Assembly (NCBI GenBank): GCA_030141605.1
Contig: JAQGDQ010000029.1
Location: 62,001 to 126,000 of the forward strand
Direction of reading: 5' to 3'
Source of the DNA: Tubiluchus corallicola
Taxonomy: Eukaryota > Animalia > Priapulida
Length of the DNA stretch: 64,000 nucleotides
Position numbers and translations under genes: made by a program
Shown here: piece after piece, positions 27,286 to 36,753 of the stretch
Numbering within the stretch: the first letter of the stretch is position 1
Layout: each line of letters begins with the position of its first letter
The notes under the pieces: generated by a model
Told to the model about the DNA's origin: nothing
The model's database searches: none
Seen by the model: the letters and a program-made list of their open reading frames with translations, nothing else

Positions 27286-27574
27286 CAGATACTCCTCGAC
27301 CTATGCGACTTATGACTGTTCGACTTTACAACCCGACTACAACTTAATTAATTAATTATACAAACCAACTATAACTCTTATTTCCTTCTATTTTTTAAAA
27401 ACAAATTAACTTTAAATCACAGTCTCTTTCGATAAATTCATTGTAGGCCCGCTACAGTGTCCGTACTGTCGCCACATCTTGCATGTAGGGGTGCATGTAC
27501 GGGTCCAACTTACGTCCAATTCGTCTTACGACCAATCCTCCGGAACTGACCGTGGTCGCAAGTCGACGACTACC
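27286..27574. mobile_element. Short Tigger-like MITE
   Basis: CAGATACTCCTCGACCTATGCGACT ... GGTCGCAAGTCGACGACTACC, degenerate inverted termini. Confidence 0.5.
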
Positions 27575-27621
27575 CATACATAAAGATCAGTCGTGATATT
27601 CTGCTACACGTCTGCTGTTCG

Positions 27622-27800
27622 GAAGGCAGGGTGGCCACTGACCCAGAGGTTCTGGGTCTGAATCCCCTCAGATTAGACTTTTCAAGCCATTTGTCAATCA
27701 GGTAATAATTTCTGGCTACCTTGCTAGATCTGTTAGCCTGAATTGAGTACCTGGTTATGCACCAGCAGAGGCTAGCCACCTATCCTTCTTGTGTACAGTA
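27622..27800 (+). mobile_element. Possible degenerate tRNA-derived SINE
   Basis: B-box-like GGGTCTGAATCCC followed by a TGAGTACCTG core-like stretch; weak. Confidence 0.3.
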
Positions 27801-28036
27801 TCAAGGCAGTAAGCGATACCGTAAATGCCTGCCGTAACTCTAAACGTTTCATCAGGGACATGGTACCATTCTTCTGCTGTTCAAAGAACAGCCATTGTAT
27901 GTTAAAGAATGATCGCAAGGAAGTTTTTCAGAAGTATATAGACAGCTTTTTTCACAAGTCAAGCAGATGACTGACTGTCAATGAATCCATCACATGTGTT
28001 AGTGTCTCTGAGAGGAATTTATAACAAATCTTCAAA

Positions 28037-28391
28037 AGTCTCAGGTGAGTTTCATGTAAACCACTGATCTTTATTTCTGCAACATTTTAAACAAAAAAAA
28101 AATATAAAGGCAAAGGTGACTGACATTGGCGACTTAGATTGTTAATGAATAATGAATCAATGAATAAATCAAAATAAAAATAAAAATTAATAGAAGTAAA
28201 CTTACATCGTTGCGGCATACATCTAAATGAAAAATTTCACTAGCTTGTACACGACATGCTCACTCATTCAACAGCACAGCATAATGACAAACATAACTAG
28301 GTCAGTGCCCTCACTTTAAACTTTCTAACTAGATGGAGCCACCTTTGCTACAAAATTAAAATTTATTGTCAGGTTCACCCTGGCCTTAACA
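28037..28391 (-). repeat. 3' LTR of BEL element 1
   Basis: Begins TGTTAAGG (on -) right after the PPT and contains AATAAA; the terminal 4 bp seen in the 5' LTR are missing here. Confidence 0.9.
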
Positions 28392-28482
28392 CTCCCCCCT
28401 TAAATGGGGTTTTACTCCATTTACAATAGTTATTTATAATGCCTATAACAAAACAGTATAACAAAAATATTGCTACTAGCCT

Positions 28483-29615
28483 CTATCCGAGGCTCTCAAT
28501 TAAACATAATTTAGTAATGGGGCGTACTAAAGAAGCATTGTTACTGGTTTTTACTGTAACAGATCGAATAATCCCATCATCACTGGCATGAACATCATCA
28601 ACACATCCAAGAACCCACTGATTCCTTGGAACTTTATCACAAATGAGAACTACATCTCCAACTTTCAAGTTGTTATGCTTTCTCAGCCATCTTGTTCTGG
28701 ATTGCAATGTTGGAAGGTATTCCTTATACCATCTTGACCAGAAAAGTTCGGCAAGATACTGTGTCTGGCGCCATTTTCTTTTGTATCTGTCAGCTATTGA
28801 GAAGATACCAGGAGCTGGCAATGAGTTGGAGTGCAATAATAACAGATGGTTCGGAGTTAGTGGTTCGGCATCTCTGAAATCACTTGATGTGACTGTAAGC
28901 GGTCTGCTGTTTAGTATGGATTCTACAAGGCAAAAGAGAGTGGCTAACCTCTCATCATCAACTGTCTGTTGATTTAGCACTCCCGCAAGTATTCGCCTGA
29001 CGGATCTTATAAGTCGTTCCCAAAACCCTCCAAAGTGTGAAGCTGTGGGTGGATTAAAGATCCATTGGATGTTCATCTGTCTTAAGCTGCAGTGGATCTT
29101 TTCTTGGTCGAGCTCTTGTAATGATTGCCGTAGTTCCTTTTCGGCACCAGTAAAGTTAGTTCCCTGTCAGATCTTAGTATGTCAGGTTTACCTCTCCTAG
29201 CAATGAACCTGTGCAAGGCTTGGATAAATGAATCAGTCTCCATAGAGGCAAGTACTTCAAGATGCACAGCTCTTATGGCGGCACAGGTAAAAATGCAGCC
29301 ATAACGTTTTACTCTTGTTCTTCCTCTGACCACTTCAAAGGGACCAAAACAGTCTATGCCAACTGAGCTGAAGGCACGATCTCCCGTGATGCGATCTACT
29401 GGGAGATCAGACATTTTTTGCTGCATCGACTTCCCGAATAATCGACGACAAATGCGACAGGCACGAAGACCTCTTTTAGTTAGAGGCCTGATTCCAATAA
29501 TCCAATAGGAAGTCCTTATAAGTGCCACCACATGCTCTCGCCCAGCATGGCCGTTTTGTTCATGACAGTTTCTAATAATCAAAATGGCAACTTGGTGATC
29601 CTTGGGAATAATCAC
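28483..29615 (-). pseudogene. BEL integrase (HHCC, DDE, C-terminal domain), frameshifted
   Basis: HEQNGH...CRIC, GIDCFGP, AVHLEV, RSD, ASHFGGFWERLIRSV, PLTPNHLL, W..EYL..LQ, RPITKLC. Confidence 0.95.
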
Positions 29616-31340
29616 TGGAGCTTTGCAGTCTCACAGATAAATGCTCTAGTGAGTCGACCACCGACTCTTATTGTATCATCAGTAGAGATGTATGGATCTA
29701 AAGCAGCTATTTTACTTCTTTTGTGAAGCGGTTGTCCCGTAGACAAGCTTTCATATTCCTCAGAGAGGTAACATCTTTGGATGTGCTTGATAATGGCATT
29801 CTCGGCAGCTTTTAGTTCTTCTACTGTCAACTTGGATCTTGCTTGCTGGATTGCTTGATTTCCAAGCCTACTTCTTAGGATCTCTTTGAAGCGTAACAAC
29901 CATGCCACTGCTTTCTTTAGCCTGTAGAAAGAACTGTAATGTTGGTACAGCTTGTCAATAACATCATCATGTCGACAAACAGCTGCATAAGCCTGTGACT
30001 GATTTTTCTTTAGTTCTGGATCAGAAATTTCTATTGCCCTTTCTACTTTGAAACATGGCCAGCTGGCTTCTGGTTCATACAAAAAGGAAGGTCCATGCAG
30101 CCAACGTGTATCAGCTACAAGTTTATCTGCAGGCAGACCCCTAGACGCATCATTGGCAGGGTTTTCATTTCCAGGCACATGACGCCACTGATGTGGTGAA
30201 GACAAATCATGGATGATTGCCACTCTATTTGACACAAATGTTTTATATCGCGCGGATACATTGTTTATGTTAGGCATTGATATTCCACCTCTTAAAGGCG
30301 CAAGACGGGATTTGCTTATGACGAAACTGCATAATACATCTCCAGATGAATTTGTCATTCGAAGGTAAGTCACAGTTCCATATGCCTTTTCAGAGGCATC
30401 TGAAAAATGATGTAGTTGGTATACCTCTACATCTCCAAACTGTGAAGGTGTATAACAGCAGTCAAGTTGAACTGCTTGCAAATTCTGCAACTCAGATAGC
30501 CAGTTTGTCCACTGTCTCCTTACTTGAGGCTGAAGTTCATCATCCCAGCCTTTGCCTTGCCGGCATTCTTCTTGGAATAGTAGCTTAGCTTGAAGGATAT
30601 TTGGATTCAATATACCAAGCGGATCATATACTGAAGACAGTAAGCTCAGAAGTCCTCGACGGGTTGCTGGCTTGATCTTGTCTTTAATCTGGATGGTGAA
30701 CATGTCAGTTTCCATGTTCCAGCAGATTCCGAGCACCTTTTCAGTGGGTAAAGAGCTGGCTTCTAAATCTAGATCCTTGATCTGCTTTCCTCTTTCATCT
30801 GGGGGTATGGATTGGATAACCTGTTTACTATTGCTGCTCCACTTGGTCAAGTGAAATCCGCCAAGATGCAGAAGCTCTAATAACTGCTGAACAGTATGAA
30901 TAGCTTCCTCATTCGTCCTAAAGGAGGACAAACAATCGTCTACATAGAAGTTCCTAAGAATTGTCTGGATGACCGATTCTTCATACAAACTGCGGTTCTC
31001 CTTGGCAGTTCTTTGGAGTGAGAAGGTGGCTATGCTCGGACACCATACACCCCCAAATACATGTACAGTCATTCTGTAAACTTTAGGCGTTTTTTCCAAA
31101 TCCCCATCAGGCCACCATAGGAATCTCAGGACATTCCGATCTTCAGGAGGCACCCTCACCTGATAAAACATTTTCTGTATATCTGCTGTGACTGCTATTG
31201 GATTTTCTCTGAATCTTAACAATACACCCAGCAGCTTATTTGTAAGATCAGGACCTTGTAGAACAACCTTGTTCAATGTAGTTCCTGCAAAACTGGCTCG
31301 ACAATCAAACACAACTCTGGTTTTTTCTGGACGAGATTCT
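29612..31340 (-). pseudogene. BEL reverse transcriptase and RNase H, with an internal RNase H deletion
   Basis: [51 protein letters not shown]. The PRLEL...DS segment present in element 2 is deleted near 30290. Confidence 0.95.
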
Positions 31341-33540
31341 TGGTGAACTGCAAAGTGGGGTAGATTCCAATGTCGTTATTTTCGACTGGTTCAGCATGCC
31401 CACTGTCCAACAGCGTGGTAATTTCTTGTGTATACTTTTCACGAAGAACTTTGTCTCGTTGAAGCCTTTTGCGCAAATTCTCAAGACGTGCTTCAGCCAT
31501 GACTAAATTATCTGGCAGTTGAGGATTCTCTGACCTAAATGGGATATTCATCTGATAATGACCATCTGGCATCAGAACAGCAGAGTCCTCCCAAATCTTT
31601 ATGGCCCTTTTATCTTCAATCGAAAATTTAGTCTCACCAGTATAAGATTCTAGCTTCCAAAACCTCTCCACTAGTTCTTCCAGGTGATCGCTACCAGTCT
31701 GAATAGAGTTACACCAAATGGTTTTCCATTTATTAGAACAAACTGGTCCATTCAAAGTCCAACCTAATCTCGTTTTGGTAGCCCAAGGTGCACCTAGAGG
31801 ACCACGTCTGACCTCCATAGGAGCTAATGCATCGGGGTTATCTTGTCCAATTAGTAGGCCTAAGTCTAGGTGAAGATTATCCTTACATGTCAGGTCAATA
31901 TCTTGCAAGTGAGGCCATCTTTCAATGTGTTTGGCGTCTGGCAGAGATTCAGCATCCATCATTAATGAGGGTCTAGTAAAAACAATTGGCAAATTGATGC
32001 AGTTTGATCCATCGCAGTTCATGACCTGTAATCTAACGATCTTGGTAGGAGTCTTAGATTCTTTTCCCTGAAGTGTTGTCAAAGACAGGAAATCATTTCT
32101 TCCTTTAATGCCAAGCTCTTGGTACAGTTTCTCAGAACAAAATGTGTTGGTAGAACCGTTATCTAGAAGTGCTAATGTCTTAATTGGTTGCTTTCCGGGA
32201 ATATTCACCAACACTGGCAATATGGGCAAAGCTGTACCCTTTCCTGGATGAGCATCAATGTCGATGTATCCACTTTGAGCATTTGAGCCTTTCTTTTCAG
32301 AGCGCTGATGTGGAGTTGTGCTTTCTTCTTTTACAGAAGGTACTGGATCGGGAGCCTTTGGCACTTCAGTCTTTTGACCACCCTGCAATTTCTTACACTG
32401 CTCTTCTGACCTAAAGTGCAGGAAAACGGAGTGTTTTCGTTTACAAACATCACACCGTCTTGTTGATCTGCAAGCCCGGCTTGTGTGGTTTGGTTTAAGA
32501 CAATTAAAGCACAAGCTGTGTTGTTTTACAATCTTCTGTCGTTCACTTATTGACAAGTGCTTAAACTTGGGACATGCCTGAAGTGAATGGAACCCTTCAC
32601 ACAACTTGCACGGAAATTGCTTCTGTTGACTTTGATCAACATCTTCACGTTGTGGAGGACTGCTAGAACTTGCAAAATTTCTCACAGCATTATACCTTAG
32701 TTTTGTTCTGGAACTCTCTGGTGTCTCATGCGACTTCCTTCGATATATATGGTCATTCTCCACTTTGGCTATCATCTCAACAAATTTGACAACGTCTGTG
32801 ATACGTGGCTCTTTGCCTGATGCACGAATTTTATACACCTGTTTCCTCCAGGTGGCATGTTGGTGCACTGGGAGCTTGTCAATAATTTTTGCCAAATTTC
32901 CCTGAGTGTTGATTTCAGCCAGGTGACCCATGGCAGCAAGAGATTCAAAACAACATCTTAGAGTGTCTGCATAATCCCTGAGCACTTCTGGTTCCGATGC
33001 CTTAATGATCTTGAACTCTGTGATTTTCCTTATCCAAGCTTGCGTTATAATAAACTCATCACCGTATCTTTCTTTTAACATTTGTTTGGCTCGTTCATAT
33101 CCAATGTTTGGCTCCATGTTAAGGCAACAATCAATGTACTTTCTTACTTTTTCACTACAGAACTGTACCAATAGTGCCAATCGTGCGACACTGTCAGTAG
33201 TGTAGTTCTCCACTGTCGTTTCAAATGTTCTTATAAAGCGGGTGTAATCCAACTCATTTCCATCAAACACTGGTAATTCTATGCTTGGTAATGGAAAATT
33301 GTAAGCTAATGGAGACGCTGTGCCTGTATGAGGCTGCCTTATCATCAGAGGAGTTCTCTCCATCTGTGGGCTTCTTACATTATATGTTTGATGTGGTCTT
33401 ACATCAAACCTTGGTGTTGTTTCAGGGTATGCATGCATCTGAGGTTCACAGCATCTATAACATCTAGGAGCTGAAGCCCTTTCAACTGAATCAAATTCAG
33501 TTTTTGGTTCTGGCTTATATTCAGTTGCATGCGGGTTCAT
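31340..33540 (-). CDS. BEL Gag core, three zinc knuckles and aspartic protease
   Basis: [11 protein letters not shown] Gag core; [40 protein letters not shown]; protease [11 protein letters not shown] and LLIGQD; TRLGWTLNG. Confidence 0.95.
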
Positions 33541-33573
33541 GGATAGCAGGACCTCTTCATGGGCATGACTAGA

Positions 33574-34334
33574 AAGAAAAGGTTTGACTTTTATGGAAAA
33601 GATTTTCCACCATCTTCTTATGTACTCTTCCTTATGCGCACATCCCTGCCCATATGAATAGACAATAGCTCCAGTTCTTTCGTCATAGCTGTAATGCCAT
33701 GGCTTTATGTCACCTATAAAGTGAATAACTTTTAAGCGGTCCCTGAACTCAGACAGGGTGAAAAGTAACCGTATGTACTGGCGGTAGTCACGTTATAAAC
33801 GAATGAAAGGCGTGTCCAGGAAGAAAAGAATTTATTGAGCAAGCCTTGATCACCTCCATTAAAGCTGGAGTGTGAAGCAGCGAAGGATATCAATTGTCTG
33901 TAAGTATCCATACTAGGTTTAAAGACAAATACTCCACTATTAAAGAGATCTGGCCATCCCACATCTGGAGCCGCTGCAAACTCTTCATTTTGAAAAAGAT
34001 CATCAATATTATGTAACACAATAGTATCAGCATCCATAAACACTCCTTTATTATAACGTGTTAGAGACCAGCAGTAGAGTTTCGAATATGTAACCTCTAA
34101 TTCTGGGCGCTGTTGGAGGAGGACTGCGTCATGGTCACCACTCCGCCATTCTTCAATTTCCTCAACTTCGTCAAAAACATCCTGAAGTAAAGTAATTAAA
34201 GTAGGTGACACACCCTTCTGTGTGACCATAATGACTAAACTACGTCGTGTACCACTATCCTTAAGAGTTTGTGCTAATACCAATGCGCTCTTACCATATG
34301 TGTCATTAGTAGCTAGAGTTACGTATACTTGATC
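33574..34334 (-). CDS. GYG: Glycogenin (GT8) catalytic domain embedded in BEL Gag; one 1-nt frameshift near 33760
   Basis: DQVYVTLATNDTY, RPELEVTYSKLYCWSLT, FMDADT (DXD), NIDDLF, AAPDVGWPDLFNSGVFVFKPS, SFNGGDQGLLN, FVYNVTTASTYGY. After the shift it reads FRDRLKVIHFIGDIKPWHYSYD...EEYIRRWWKIFSIKVKPFL, continuing without a stop into [10 protein letters not shown] of the 755-aa Gag ORF. Confidence 0.95.
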
Positions 34335-34858
34335 CAATATTGCGTTATCTTTGCCTTTAACGCAATTTACCCAGTCAGTGACCTTTTCGTTACCAAAGGT
34401 GTCGCTGCGCTTGGAGCGTGCTCCCTCAAATTGAGCATAGATTGCAGCATGTGCCTCGGCTTCTTGGACCTTTCTGTCAATCTCAAGCCGCTTCCTCTCT
34501 AAATCAAGATTTTTCTTCATTTGTTCAAGCTTTAGTTCCTCTTCTTCAAGCTTTGCTTGTTTGCTTGATCAACCAAAGCTTGCCTTTGTATCAGGAGGGA
34601 TGCTTTTTTGGCTTCGGCAGCTGCCCGCCGCACTGATGCTGATGAAGCAGCTGAATGAGCAACTGTCTTGACACTCTGAGCATTACGTGCACTTTTAAGG
34701 CTAGAAGCTGCCTGCTCACTGTCACTTTCTCCTTCGGCCAGTGCATTTCTAAGGCGTGAGATGAGTTGCTCTTTTAGGCCTGCCGTGGACAACCCCTTTT
34801 CTTTGAGAATTTCTCTTAATTCTTTTACAGTTTTCTTTTCCAGATCATCAATGTTGTA
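34335..34858 (-). CDS. BEL Gag N-terminus: SAP domain and coiled coil
   Basis: YNIDDLEKKTVKELREILKEKGLSTAGLKEQLISRLRNAL fits the SAP consensus, followed by Ala/Ser-rich and Glu/Lys coiled coil. An 8-nt duplication (CAAGCAAA x2, about 34553-34568) causes the frameshift. Confidence 0.85.
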
Positions 34859-35569
34859 CCTGTTAATTTGCTATAATTTGGCAAAATTATTGGCAAATCA
34901 ATAAGAGAAGTATTATCATAAATTAAGTACAACACTCAAAATTACAAAACTGTAATTCTGCAACAGTAAATATTGTAACTCTATACAAAAGTGCAGTTTA
35001 ATAACTGTAGTTGTCAACCTATTTTTCGGTATATCTGTTGCTGTATAACGGTATTCACACGTTTCACATAGATACAAGAAATTTTATCTGGGCCACGTAC
35101 TGCAGGATAACTAAAGCGGACAACAACATTAAAACAGCTGATCAATACAAAACTAGCTATAATAGGCATAAGAGCAAGCATTCAATAACATAATAGGCCT
35201 TAGAACTATGAGGTAAACATTTGAACAAGTGTTTGAAATCGCTTTTCCGGCTTTCACCACAGAGTTCATTCACTAATTTCTCAGTTAATATTTAGTGGGA
35301 AATATCTAACTCAGTTCATAATTATTTTGGTTCTTGCCTGTCCAGTAGTTAACTTTAAGCAGCAAGGTGGAAGATAAGCCGTACTCTAGTTGACCCCGCG
35401 TTGGCTTCTTTAGGCGACGATCAATAATTCCAACTTGCAGCAAGGTAAACCAGGTGAGTGTACGTGCGACCTTGAAGCCTCGCAATGGCGGCCCGTGTCC
35501 CAGCTTGGCGAAATAGTTGTACAGCATTCATAGCCCACTTGTCATGTAGATATTTTGCCGATAAATAAA

Positions 35570-35886
35570 TGTTAGTCTCAGGTGAGTTTCATGTAAACCA
35601 CTGATCTTTATTTCTGCAACATTTTAAACAAAAAAAAATAGAAAGGCAAAGGTGACTGACATTGGCGACTTAGATTGTTAATGAATAATGAATCAATGAA
35701 TAAATCAAAATAAAAATAAAAATTATATAGAAGTGAAACTTACACTAGCTTCTACAAGACACATGTTCACAGCATAAATGAAAAAACGTAACTAGGTCAA
35801 TGCCCACACTTCAAACTGTCTAGCTAGCTAGCCACCTTCGCTACAAAATTAAAATTTATTAAGTCAGGTTCACACTGGCCTTAACA
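35570..35886 (-). repeat. 5' LTR of BEL element 1
   Basis: TGTTA...TAACA termini; direct repeat of 28037-28391. Confidence 0.92.
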
Positions 35887-36425
35887 CTCTGGAATTACCT
35901 GTGGAATTGTAAAATGTTTGTTCGCATTTAATCTGCTCAGATTAAAATCTGTTGAGGGATACACATACTGTATGTTACAGTATAATTTAATTTTCGGGTA
36001 GTTTTGGTAACCTTTTGTAACTGCATATAGGTCTGTTTCAGCTAAATTTTTAAAGTTGTCTATATTTTCGTTAAATGTGTGGTTAAGTTATTGCACCTAC
36101 AGCCGAGCTCCTATTTAACAAAGTGCGTGTGTAATTATTCTCTTTTTTGTCACTGATAGGTCTATAACCCTTTAAATTCGCACATTTTTTCTATGTTCTA
36201 ATGTACTACTATTAGCTAGACATATGGGTGTGTCAGGCATTTATTATTAATTTACATTTTTGAGCAACTACCTAAAAGTTAATATAGTTCTTTAGTCCAA
36301 TCTTCTGTCAACATTGATAAGGTGCCTAATGGGTATCTCGTTATTTTACTGTAATCTTGGATAACCCAGTGGTGATCGTATCTCATTTTGTACTTGGTAT
36401 AATATAACCTAGGCTTATTAGTTCT

Positions 36426-36753
36426 TGTTGTGGAGATCCACTAGAATGTTCCATTGTATAGTAGAACAATCGTCTACGGAAGTTTTTGGAAGTTTAGAGT
36501 TGGCACTGAAATATAAGGCGGAGCTGCTGAAGTACAGTTGGCACATTCGCACATTCTCTGATTCTCTCACATTCTCTTGTATCCTTGTATCCTCAGATAT
36601 GCTTAAACGTTTTCCAGATCTTCACGTTCACTGTAAACATTTTGCGTTCCTTCATACTTTTGTGTTGTAGAATTCTCGCATAATAAACTAGTTTAATTTG
36701 ATGCAGTGTTTTCTGGTTTTCTACGAGCCTTCCGAGAGAAACAAAACACAACA
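36426..36753 (+). repeat. 5' LTR of the Gypsy element
   Basis: 7-bp inverted ends TGTTGTG/CACAACA, followed by PBS-like sequence and gag. Confidence 0.8.

Larger units (their letters stand above)
28037..35886 (-). mobile_element. BEL/Pao LTR retrotransposon carrying a glycogenin domain in Gag (full length, frameshifted)
   Basis: Direct-repeat LTRs at 35570-35886 and about 28037-28391, PPT at 28392-28400 (AGGGGGGAG on -), BEL domain order Gag-PR-RT-RH-IN. Confidence 0.95.

Noticed and set aside
33745-33770. Programmed ribosomal frameshift in the glycogenin domain
   Set aside because: No canonical slippery heptamer; the spacing is exactly 1 nt short of the glycogenin alignment and pol has several similar lesions, so mutation or sequencing error is more likely.
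33574-34334. Glycogenin as the resident host gene with transposons inserted around it
   Set aside because: It lies between one LTR pair, has no own ATG or stop, lacks introns and the C-terminal tail, and joins Gag frames on both sides.
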